Assembly (NCBI GenBank): GCA_963734545.1
Contig: CAVTHO010000004.1
Coordinates: 448,001 to 512,000, forward strand
Direction: 5' to 3'
DNA from: an uncultured Spirochaetota bacterium
GTDB lineage: Bacteria > Spirochaetota > Spirochaetia > SZUA-6 > Fen-1364
DNA length: 64,000 nt
Below, piece by piece: positions 10,381-18,860 of this stretch. Position numbers and translations under genes: made by a program. The notes under the pieces were generated by a model that ran no database searches, had not been told where the DNA came from, and saw only the letters and a program-made list of their open reading frames with translations. Each line of letters starts with the position of its first letter. Within the stretch, counting starts at the first letter, position 1.

Positions 10381-10493
10381 GGAGCGCACCTCCGGATGGC
10401 TCATCATAGCATGGATTTCACCCCCACGCTCGATCGCCTTGAGAAGTTTGTCGAATAATAGTGGACGAAGCGGCCGATGCCCGGGCGCGCCGG

Positions 10494-10808
10494 TCAAAGA
10501 ACGCCGGCGTGCTCCTTGCGGTCCTTCACGAAGAAGAACCACAGTGCGGCCATTTCGATCCCGGCCTCGCCTTCTACGACGTTCTGGATGTCCTTGATGC
10601 TGATGATCTTCTTGCCCTTGTCGTCCTTGACGTCCTTGCCGTCGAATTCCGCCACCTTCTTGCCGTGGTTGTCCCGAATGTTCCTGGCCTGAATTTCCCC
10701 GAACACGGCACCGTTCATGGACCGAATGTTGTTCCGGTCGACTTCCGCGAGCTTCTGGCCCGAGCTCTTCTTTATGAACCGCTTTCCATCAAACGTATAG
10801 TCAGCCAT
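10494..10808 (-). CDS. Small protein made of four beta-hairpin-like repeats
   Basis: GGAGG RBS. Repeats are FDGKRFIKKSSGQKLAE / VDRNNIRSMNGAVFGE / IQARNIRDNHGKKVAE / FDGKDVKDDKGKKIIS. Confidence 0.7.
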   Translation of the reverse strand: MADYTFDGKRFIKKSSGQKLAEVDRNNIRSMNGAVFGEIQARNIRDNHGKKVAEFDGKDVKDDKGKKIISIKDIQNVVEGEAGIEMAALWFFFVKDRKEHAGVL

Positions 10809-10821
10809 TTGTTCCTCCGTT

Positions 10822-12933
10822 TCAAATGTATCCCTGCGCGTCGAGCTCGACAATCGTATAGACTCCGATATTCTTCAGGGTCAGCCTGTCTTTCCGAAGT
10901 GAGACCGAGATTCCGGAATTCTCCGGGAAACTGTGGATCCGGGCGCCTTTCTGCTCGAACGCGAGGTCGAATGAGGCATCCGTGGGATCGATTCTGTGCG
11001 TGCCTGCGTTGTAGTTGTAGTTCACGATGTGCAGGAGGAACCTGCCCGTGTCCCTGTGCACGGCAATACCGAACTTTTCCGAATCTTTCGCGCTGACCAC
11101 TCCCTTGTTTTTCGCCAGCTCGGCAACAAGAAGCCGCATGTCGTGGGCCGCGTAGTTCCCGCAGGACGAGAGAGCTTGAGCGCGCCGCGCCAGGGTGACC
11201 ACGCTGCCGCCGGCCTCTGCGAATGCCTGGACCGCCTTTGCGCTCTGGTCATCCATCATGAACGCATCCGGAACAATCACCTTCTTGTACGGGGAAAGTC
11301 GAGCGGGGGTAAGAGGCTCGTCGGGACTATTGAACAGGACGTTGTACAGGACATGATGATTGCTCAGGCTCTGCACGAGCTCGAAAAAGTTGTGGAACCT
11401 GCCGTCCGCGGCAAACGCGCCCTGCCAGCCCAGCTCCTCCCCTTCAGCAAAATCGACCGGAACCTTCTTCTGGTCATCCGGTTCCGTCAGCAGGTTCTCA
11501 TACGCGGAAAGCGCATCATAGACCACGGCGATATCCGCGCAGGGATTTCGAGGGAAGAGGCTTTCCCGCTCGCTGAGCCAGGAACCGAGCTTCTTCAGCA
11601 CTCTCAGGTCCGGCCAGAAAGCGTCCTTGACCTGGTTCTGAAGCCAGGAACCGTATGGAAACGAGACGTGGAAGCCGTGCGCCAGCGGCTCCAGTGCGAA
11701 CACGATGAACCTGTCATTGATATTGTTCTTGATGTCTTCCAGCATGTCCCTGACATACTGGTTTGGATCTTCGACAAAACAGGATTCTTTTCCATTCAGC
11801 CAGCCAAAGGCGAACTTGTACCAGCCGTCCTGCCGAAGCTCGATGTTCGTCTTCTCTCCTGCAAGGATGTCAAGGTGCTTCTTGCATGCCCACGAATAGG
11901 GATAGCACTGGAAGAGGTTCGCCGTGACCCTCATGGCCTTTCCCCTGGTGCGGGTGGAATACTCGCGCATGTGGCGGGAGAGCTCTCGGACAACCCATTC
12001 AATGCTGGCCATCTGCATGTCGGTGAAATGCCTGAAAAGCGGTACCTTCCACCTGTCATTCCCGTTGGAGGCCACGAGGTCCTTGTCCCGGTATCCCTTG
12101 CCAAGCAGGTACCGTCCGTAGTCGAAGACCGCAATGTCCCCCGCGTCCGGAGGCAGCGGGACAGCATGAGCGGTGATGTACGCCCTGAACTTGTGCATGC
12201 ATTCGCCGCAGAAGCATCCGGCGTTCTGCAGCAGGTGTTTCTGCGTATCATACTCGTCTATGTGCAGTCCGCCCGCGCCGGCGTCACACATCATTTCAAT
12301 GTCGCGCTTCATGTAGCGGAGGTACGACTCCTTGTGGGAGCATGGAGAGTAGCACTTGTGGTCATGGCCCGGAGCCATCAGCCACGCGGAAAGGATATTC
12401 CTCTTTTCAAGGGAGACAGCCTTGAACTCTTCAAGAAAATCCCCGACCTTGTTTCCCTTGTAATCCAGCAGTCCGTCGGGAAAATACTTTTCAATCGGGG
12501 AAAATATCTTCGGGTACGCGTTGGTGGAGAGCTCCCGCATGCCCACATATTTCTTGTTGCGGGAGGCGCCCCTCATGATGTTGAGGGAAAGGAGCTCGGA
12601 CTCGTCGTCGCTGAGCTCGGCTCCGAACTCCCAGAGCTGCGCCTTCCAGAGCACGGAGAAAACCTCTATCCCTCTTTTTGCGCACTCCTGGCAGAACTCC
12701 CTGTCATTGACGAAGCCGTACAACCGCAGCCGCGGGGGTATGACATCGTTCGCCTCGCGATCCAGGTACGGCAGGCCGATTGCCCCGCTGCCCAGGCATG
12801 ACCAGATCAGGGTGTTGGCCTTGATCTCCTCGATGTCCTCGATCATGTGCATGTTCTTCATTGGAAGGCTGGGATGGTAGTTCCACATGTCCCGGAACCA
12901 GCCCATGAAGTACAGACCTCGCAGCATTTTCAT
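10822..12933 (-). CDS. Putative glycoside-hydrolase-like protein (TIM barrel plus GH42-type trimerisation-like domain)
   Basis: 703-aa ORF with GLHIDEYD, a CFCGECMHKFR Cys motif, ADIAVVYD and a YKKVIVPD…FAEAGGSVV class-I GATase-like segment. Confidence 0.6.
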   Translation of the reverse strand: MKMLRGLYFMGWFRDMWNYHPSLPMKNMHMIEDIEEIKANTLIWSCLGSGAIGLPYLDREANDVIPPRLRLYGFVNDREFCQECAKRGIEVFSVLWKAQLWEFGAELSDDESELLSLNIMRGASRNKKYVGMRELSTNAYPKIFSPIEKYFPDGLLDYKGNKVGDFLEEFKAVSLEKRNILSAWLMAPGHDHKCYSPCSHKESYLRYMKRDIEMMCDAGAGGLHIDEYDTQKHLLQNAGCFCGECMHKFRAYITAHAVPLPPDAGDIAVFDYGRYLLGKGYRDKDLVASNGNDRWKVPLFRHFTDMQMASIEWVVRELSRHMREYSTRTRGKAMRVTANLFQCYPYSWACKKHLDILAGEKTNIELRQDGWYKFAFGWLNGKESCFVEDPNQYVRDMLEDIKNNINDRFIVFALEPLAHGFHVSFPYGSWLQNQVKDAFWPDLRVLKKLGSWLSERESLFPRNPCADIAVVYDALSAYENLLTEPDDQKKVPVDFAEGEELGWQGAFAADGRFHNFFELVQSLSNHHVLYNVLFNSPDEPLTPARLSPYKKVIVPDAFMMDDQSAKAVQAFAEAGGSVVTLARRAQALSSCGNYAAHDMRLLVAELAKNKGVVSAKDSEKFGIAVHRDTGRFLLHIVNYNYNAGTHRIDPTDASFDLAFEQKGARIHSFPENSGISVSLRKDRLTLKNIGVYTIVELDAQGYI

Positions 12934-12963
12934 TCCTCCCCTGCCATCGGCGGCCCTGGGCCG

Positions 12964-14277
12964 CTACTTGTGCCTTGCCAGCAGCCACTCATAGAACCCG
13001 GGATCGCTGTAGGTGTCTGTCCAGACATCGTGGCCGTGGTCGGGCCAGTACTTCCAGGTCACGTCGATGCCCGCTTCCTTCATGGCGATCACCGTCTTCT
13101 TCACCGCATCCGGCGGGATGATGGGGTCCATGCCGCCGTTCACGTAGTAGAAAGGCACCGCGGCCGCGGCGCTGTACGGCCGGGTGAGGACCTCGAACCC
13201 CTCCGAGCGAAGCGCGGCCGCATGGCGGATGTCCGCGAAGCTCAGGGGCGCCGCGGCGGCCACCAGCTCGGGATAGCTCAGCACGAACCTGATGGTGGCC
13301 TCTCCGCCCATGCTGAGCCCGGTGACAAGGACGCGGCTGCGGTCAACGCGGTATCGCGAGAACAGCTCCTCCAGGACGCCGCGCATGTACGCAGTGGGGA
13401 AGGATCGGTACTCCCGCGTGTCGCGAAGGCCGGGCGCGGCGATGATGCAGGGAAGGCTGTGCCCCTGCCGGATGTACATGAAAGGGCTGGCCTTGGCCAG
13501 GAGCTCGATGTCGGTGCCGCGGTCCCCTGTCCCGCAGAGAAAGAAGATGAGCGGCCATTCCTTCGGTGACGATGGATCGTACCCGGAAGGCAGGTACTCG
13601 AGGTATCCGGCGCCGAAGCGCGCCAGGTCCTTGTTTTCGAAAGCCCGCGCGTGGATTCCCCTCTCGGCCAGCCATGCCGGGTAGTCCCTGCAGACGGTGA
13701 ACGTGCGGTCACGCGTCAGCCTGACGTCCCATTCAGCCTGGAAGCCCTGGGACGCCTTGAACACGGCCCGACCCATGAGCCCGCCGGACGCCGGGTCGAA
13801 ACGGAAGGTGAGATCAGCGTGGGCGCCGGGCCATGTCGCCTTCCAGTACAGGACGGGCCCGGGCTGCAGATCGACCTTGAAATGGACCTTCTTCATGTCC
13901 CTGGGCTTCTGGAGGTTGGTGCCTGCCCAGAGGAGGGCCGTTCCCTGGCCGTCGGAAATGTCCTGCACAAAAAGGACCACCTTTATGTCCTTCGGAACAG
14001 GGTATCCGTAGTCATACCCTTCCCACCTGCCCATGAACGGCTGAAAGGCGGCCGGCACCGCGGAAGATGCCGCGGTTTTCAGGCTGCCGAAGATGAGCGA
14101 TTCATTGTCGCTTCCATTGAAAGAGGAATGCAGGTCCTGGAAACCGCGCCCCGCCAGGTCTTCCCAGGAGGTGCCGTCGAAGTCAGGCGTCCGCCCGGCG
14201 GCGCTCGGGGTCGACGGCGCTGCCGCGCATGCGGCCAGCAGCAGGCAGGCAAGAACAGGCACCATCATTCTTTTCAT
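12964..14277 (-). CDS. Lipoprotein with a C-terminal alpha/beta-hydrolase (esterase/peptidase) domain
   Basis: Lipobox LLAAC, plus YLPSGY…WPLIFFL, nucleophile GLSMGG, D in GGMDP and H in GHDVW. Confidence 0.8.
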   Translation of the reverse strand: MKRMMVPVLACLLLAACAAAPSTPSAAGRTPDFDGTSWEDLAGRGFQDLHSSFNGSDNESLIFGSLKTAASSAVPAAFQPFMGRWEGYDYGYPVPKDIKVVLFVQDISDGQGTALLWAGTNLQKPRDMKKVHFKVDLQPGPVLYWKATWPGAHADLTFRFDPASGGLMGRAVFKASQGFQAEWDVRLTRDRTFTVCRDYPAWLAERGIHARAFENKDLARFGAGYLEYLPSGYDPSSPKEWPLIFFLCGTGDRGTDIELLAKASPFMYIRQGHSLPCIIAAPGLRDTREYRSFPTAYMRGVLEELFSRYRVDRSRVLVTGLSMGGEATIRFVLSYPELVAAAAPLSFADIRHAAALRSEGFEVLTRPYSAAAAVPFYYVNGGMDPIIPPDAVKKTVIAMKEAGIDVTWKYWPDHGHDVWTDTYSDPGFYEWLLARHK

Positions 14278-14396
14278 GATCCTGAAGGATAGCCGTTTTC
14301 AGGCAGCTTGGCGAAGGGGGCGCCGTGCGGTTTAGCCCCGGAAAAGTGACGCGTTTTTACAATCCCCCGCCCAGGTCCCGGAAGTACATTGGGAGC

Positions 14397-14825
14397 ATGA
14401 AAACCGCATTCACGGCCACGGCCAGGATCACCATAAAGGCGAAAGCCGAAAAGGTCTGGGATGCCCTTACCAATCCCAGGATTATCAAGGAGTACCTGTT
14501 CGGAACCGAGGCAAAGTCCGACTGGAAGGTCGGCAGCCCCATCACGTACAGCGGCGTCTGGGAGGGGAAGCGCTACGAGGACAAGGGCACGATACTCGAG
14601 CTCGTGCCGAACAGGCGTCTTTCCGCCACGTACTGGAGCTCGTTCTCATCCCTTCCGGACCTGCCGGAGAACTACAGCACGGTCACCTACGAGCTTTCGG
14701 AAGCCAGGGGAGAGACGACCCTCACCATCGCCCAGGACAACAACCCGACCAGGGAATCGGCAGACCACTCGCAAGGCAACTGGGAGAAGGTCCTCCAGAC
14801 GATGAAGGCGCTGCTGGAAAAATAG
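14397..14825 (+). CDS. SRPBCC/AHSA1 domain protein
   Basis: ITIKAKAEKVWDALTNP…SDWKVGSPI…GTILELVP…W. Confidence 0.88.
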   Translation: MKTAFTATARITIKAKAEKVWDALTNPRIIKEYLFGTEAKSDWKVGSPITYSGVWEGKRYEDKGTILELVPNRRLSATYWSSFSSLPDLPENYSTVTYELSEARGETTLTIAQDNNPTRESADHSQGNWEKVLQTMKALLEK

Positions 14826-14850
14826 GCAGCCCCCGAAAGCTCCGGGCCGA

Positions 14851-15165
14851 TCAGCCTCCCGCGATCAGCTCGAACACGGGCGGGAAAGTGAGCAAAACTC
14901 CCGCTGCCAGGAATATGGCAGAGACGATCACGATCGGCCTGAGCTTGACCTGCCGATCCTTCCAGAGAAGGCCGAGAATAAGCCAGCTCACCAGCCACGC
15001 CGCAACCCCGAGGGTTGTTTTCCCCGAAAGGGCGCCCACGGGCTTCACCCACACGAGCATTGCGCTCACCGCTGCAATTGCCTCGGCCAGCGCCACTACG
15101 ATTCCCGTCACCGCCAGTCCGATTCCGGCCGCCAGGATTGCCGCGGCAGAAGGTCCGTTCTTCAT
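14851..15165 (-). CDS. Small membrane protein (about 3 TM)
   Basis: MKNGPSAAAILAAGIG…GALSGKTT…LTFPP, with hydrophobic helices and a GAGGAGGG RBS. Confidence 0.75.
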   Translation of the reverse strand: MKNGPSAAAILAAGIGLAVTGIVVALAEAIAAVSAMLVWVKPVGALSGKTTLGVAAWLVSWLILGLLWKDRQVKLRPIVIVSAIFLAAGVLLTFPPVFELIAGG

Positions 15166-15178
15166 CTTTCCACCCTCC

Positions 15179-15712
15179 TCAGACAACCGCTGCTTCTTTG
15201 GTGATGATGGCGCCAAGCACCCCGACGATCCCCGCGAGCACAAAGGCGATGCACACGATGACAAAGACCATCCACCGTATCTTCTTCTCTGCCGCAAGCC
15301 GCTCGCCGTATCGGAAGATGAGATAGAGAGCCAGCGTGGCAATGATGGGAACGAGCCATCCCAGGTGCTCCTTCCACTCCATGCCGAAGCTGTGCCAGCC
15401 GCTCAACGCGGGATTGCCAAGAAGCTGGGAGCGCGGGAAGCCGCTCAGGTCGGTCGTTCCCGCGGGCGGCGCCGCCCGGTACCAGGGGTAGACGACGTAG
15501 GTGCCGATGATGACCGCCAGCCACGAAAGTCCGGCAATTGCGGTTCCCGAAATCTTCAACAGGATGACGTTCCTGCGAAGACCCTGCGCGGTAAGAAGCT
15601 GCGGCTGCAAGGTGAGAAGAAGCGCCAGCGCGGCGGTGAAGAAAAGGATGAAGCCAAAACCAAAGGCCATCCCGTGCAGCGCGGTCCATAGTTCCCTGAG
15701 AGTGAATGCCAC
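15179..15712 (-). CDS. Membrane protein (about 4 TM) with HGM and WKEH motifs
   Basis: GTG start after GGAAGGGGG. Sequence LHGMAFG…VYPWYRA…GMEWKEHLGW. Co-oriented with the preceding small membrane gene. Confidence 0.75.
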   Translation of the reverse strand: MAFTLRELWTALHGMAFGFGFILFFTAALALLLTLQPQLLTAQGLRRNVILLKISGTAIAGLSWLAVIIGTYVVYPWYRAAPPAGTTDLSGFPRSQLLGNPALSGWHSFGMEWKEHLGWLVPIIATLALYLIFRYGERLAAEKKIRWMVFVIVCIAFVLAGIVGVLGAIITKEAAVV

Positions 15713-15940
15713 CGTTCGACCCCCTTCCAGGAGGACTGCTCCTCCGAAGTCCTGTATCAACGCAGGCAAACGCCTGTTCGCCGTCAGACGAAAAGTACTG
15801 AAAATCCAGCCGGGGGAGGCAACGATAATTCTGATATATCTCCCGCTGCAAGCTGCACACCCGGCCTGCGATCTGGCGCCCTCCCCACTGCCCGGGCTAT
15901 ACTCCTGTCGAAGAATCGCTCCGGCCCCAGGGGGGTGCAT

Positions 15941-18145
15941 ATGAAAACGTCTTCGCTCATCGCGATCTCCACCTTCGCCGCATGCCTTGTCCTTTCTCAA
16001 TGCGCTCACACGGCCACGGCCCCAGCTCCCGAAGCCGAGGCCGAGGCTGACCACGGACCCCATGAGCTCAAGTGGGTCCAGGTGCCGCTTCGCACGGCAG
16101 AGCAGAAGGCCAGGGGCTATGCAGGCGGCGAGACAGGCCAGATGGGATATTGCGCGGCGATAAGCGAGGAAGATCCGAACTACCTCGCGATCGCGATAGA
16201 CACCGCGGCGGTGTATATCTCCCGCAACGGCGCCCGTTCCTGGGAGCTGAAGCGGCGCGGCATCATGTCCAACGGAGTGCAGTCGGTCGCGTTCGATCCC
16301 ATGAACCACAATGTACTTTGGGCGGCAGGCTTGAAATCAGCCACGGGCGTTGCCGAACCGTCTGATCCGGCTGCTGACGGGATATATCTCACGCGTGATT
16401 GCGGGGAAAGCTGGCAATTGATCCGCAACGCGATTTTCGTCCGACGGCAGGCCCAGAACGAATACTTCGCGTTCGATACGGAAAGCTTCGACGGCACGCA
16501 ATGCCGCACGCTGTATGCCGCAACGCACAGCGAAGGGCTGCTCAAGACGACGGACGCGGGTGCGCACTGGAAAGTGCTGGGCTTCCAGGACCAGTTGATC
16601 AATGCGGTCGTCCTGCATCCGGTGAACCACCGGCTCCTGTTCGTCGCAGCGGACACAGGCCTGTATCGAAGCGATGACGCGGGAGAGTCGTTCCGAAGGA
16701 TCGGAGGCGGACTGCCGGCAGGTGCGGCCATCCTGGGATTCGCGGCCAACTCGAAAGACCAGGACATCCTTCACGTGGCCCTCGGAGCGGATGGCATATG
16801 GCGCTCCAGGGATGGCGGGAAAAGCTTCACGCGCACCATGGACGGCATACCGGAATGGGCCATACGCGAGAAGTGGCCGTGGCTGCGCCTCTGCATAAGT
16901 CCCGCGGATCCCCGGCGGCTCTACGCGGACGCGCGCATGGGCGGCGCGTTCCCATACTGGTCGGACGATGGCGGCTCGAGGTGGAACGCGCCGGTGAAAC
17001 GGGAACCTGCCTTCTTCGACGTGAATCCCGCGGACCCGGTCCACTGGGACCCCGAAGGATTCGTGGCGCATCCTCGTGAGCCCAAGGTGGCGTTTCACAT
17101 AACCCCGATCCGGAAAACCACGGACGGCGGCAGGACATGGCTGTATGCGAGCGATGGGGTGAGCGGCTTCCGGCGCAACTTCCGGACCACCGTTGCTTTC
17201 CATCCGACAAATCCGCAGGAATTGGTGTTGTTCCACGGGGACTGGGGAAGCGCGCATACGACAGACGGAGGGGATACTTTCGTCCTCTGCCCGCCGCCGA
17301 GACAGTCCGAGCTTGGCTCCTTCAACATGCCTGTCGGCGCGTATGAGCCGGTTCCCGGCTCGCGCAAGATCATAAGCGCCATCGGCGGCAGCTCCCAGGA
17401 GAGCGGCATACAGCGAATCTGTGTCACCACGGACAATTGCAGGAGCTGGAAGATCCAGAAGGGCACGGAGGGCGACTACAGGTTTCTCGCATTCCACCCG
17501 CAGCAGCCGAAAATCGTGTACGCGGGCCGGGCGAATGACAGCCTGCGGAGCAGGGACGGCGGCGCCACGTGGACCAGGCTGCCGTATCCGATCCGGACGA
17601 TGTGCGCCGGCAATGGGGATATCGTGTACGCTCCCCGGGAGACCGCCACTAAAGGGCAATGGGAGGTTCTCCGCTCGGAAGACCAGGGAGAAACCTGGCT
17701 GCCTCTGCCGGGCAGGGTCCATACGTGGGATTTCCGCGAGATGGACGTGGATCCGAGAGACCCGGATCGGCTCTACGCGGCGAGCAGCTTCGGCGTTTCG
17801 GTGTTCGACGGCAGGGGATGGAGCATGCGGAACGAAAGACACGGCCTTGAAAAGAACTTCTTCGGAGACCTCAGCTTCATACCCATCGCGGTAGACCCGA
17901 CGAGGCCGGAGGTGATCTACGCCGGCCAGAACGAGAGCTGGCGCGGTATTTCGGCCGGCATATTCCGCTCGACCGACTCTGGACAGTCCTGGGAGAATGT
18001 CAGCCTCAACCTCGGACCGGAGCTCACCGTCTGGGCAATCAGCGTAAGCCCGCACGACGGAACAGTATGGCTCGCAACAGACTACGGAAACTGGAAGCTT
18101 CCGCCGGGACCCTACAAGAGCCCCGGCAGTATCGACCCCAGGTAG
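15941..18145 (+). CDS. Exported BNR/Asp-box repeat beta-propeller protein (VPS10/GH74-like)
   Basis: Signal or lipoprotein N-terminus and many S/T-x-D-x-G-x-S/T-W/F Asp-boxes (SRNGARSW, TRDCGESW, SDDAGESF, SRDGGKSF, TTDGGRTW, STDSGQSW). Confidence 0.85.
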   Translation: MKTSSLIAISTFAACLVLSQCAHTATAPAPEAEAEADHGPHELKWVQVPLRTAEQKARGYAGGETGQMGYCAAISEEDPNYLAIAIDTAAVYISRNGARSWELKRRGIMSNGVQSVAFDPMNHNVLWAAGLKSATGVAEPSDPAADGIYLTRDCGESWQLIRNAIFVRRQAQNEYFAFDTESFDGTQCRTLYAATHSEGLLKTTDAGAHWKVLGFQDQLINAVVLHPVNHRLLFVAADTGLYRSDDAGESFRRIGGGLPAGAAILGFAANSKDQDILHVALGADGIWRSRDGGKSFTRTMDGIPEWAIREKWPWLRLCISPADPRRLYADARMGGAFPYWSDDGGSRWNAPVKREPAFFDVNPADPVHWDPEGFVAHPREPKVAFHITPIRKTTDGGRTWLYASDGVSGFRRNFRTTVAFHPTNPQELVLFHGDWGSAHTTDGGDTFVLCPPPRQSELGSFNMPVGAYEPVPGSRKIISAIGGSSQESGIQRICVTTDNCRSWKIQKGTEGDYRFLAFHPQQPKIVYAGRANDSLRSRDGGATWTRLPYPIRTMCAGNGDIVYAPRETATKGQWEVLRSEDQGETWLPLPGRVHTWDFREMDVDPRDPDRLYAASSFGVSVFDGRGWSMRNERHGLEKNFFGDLSFIPIAVDPTRPEVIYAGQNESWRGISAGIFRSTDSGQSWENVSLNLGPELTVWAISVSPHDGTVWLATDYGNWKLPPGPYKSPGSIDPR

Positions 18146-18789
18146 TCCAGGAACGGCTTCATGATCTTGAACATGGCTGCGCTTGACTGCACCACCGAGG
18201 GTGACAGCAGCTCCTTGTCCATCACCGTGTGCATCACCGTGATCTGCTTCAGCCGGAGGAGCTCGAGCTCCGGATGGTCGGCGGCGTAGCCCCGGGGCGC
18301 CTTGGCCAGTTTTTCTCCCGCCAGTCCGCCAAAGGCGGCAACAAAGTCCTTCTTGCCGATAAGCTTCTTCACAGTGGAGGCGTCCTTGTCCACTGCGCTC
18401 CGCCACCTGGCAAGCTGTTCCGTGGACGCATCGTGGCACCCTCCGGCCAGCATGGAGTGATTGCCGGGCGCGACATGGACATAGTAGGGGTATCCTTTCG
18501 ACTTCCGGCCTCCCGGGCCGATGGATGCTCCCATGTTCGTCTTGTACGGGCTCTTGTCTTTGGCGAACCGCACGTCGCGGTATATGCGGAACATGCAGTC
18601 TTTGGGCGCTACTCCTGCCAGGTCATCGAAGGCCGAGATCTCGATGATGAGGGCTGCCACGAAATCTTCGAATCGACCCAGGGCATTTTCATAGTCGGAT
18701 CTGTGCGCCTCGAACCACGCCCTGTTGTTGTTCTTTTCAAGCTGCCTGAGAAACGCAAGAACAGGAGCCAGATCCACGGCGTTCTTCAT
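18112..18789 (-). CDS. DUF2461 family protein
   Basis: FLRQLEKNNNRAWFEAHRSDY and FRIYRDVRFAKDKSPYKT signature. Confidence 0.88.
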   Translation of the reverse strand: MKNAVDLAPVLAFLRQLEKNNNRAWFEAHRSDYENALGRFEDFVAALIIEISAFDDLAGVAPKDCMFRIYRDVRFAKDKSPYKTNMGASIGPGGRKSKGYPYYVHVAPGNHSMLAGGCHDASTEQLARWRSAVDKDASTVKKLIGKKDFVAAFGGLAGEKLAKAPRGYAADHPELELLRLKQITVMHTVMDKELLSPSVVQSSAAMFKIMKPFLDYLGSILPGLL

Positions 18790-18860
18790 GTCCACCCCCT
18801 TTCAAATAGTATGGCGCCCTCCCCCACGGGTCGGCTATACTATCGTAAAAGGGGCTTGGC

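Noticed and set aside
10996-12801. Long antisense ORFs (also 16337-18439, 18840-20624, 25521-27620, 37128-38915, 49544-51001)
   Set aside because: They are shadows of real genes on the opposite strand, expected from high-GC codon bias, and have no recognisable motifs.
15941-18145. Definite xyloglucanase (GH74) or sialidase call
   Set aside because: Asp-box repeats show only a beta-propeller. Catalytic residues could not be assigned by eye.
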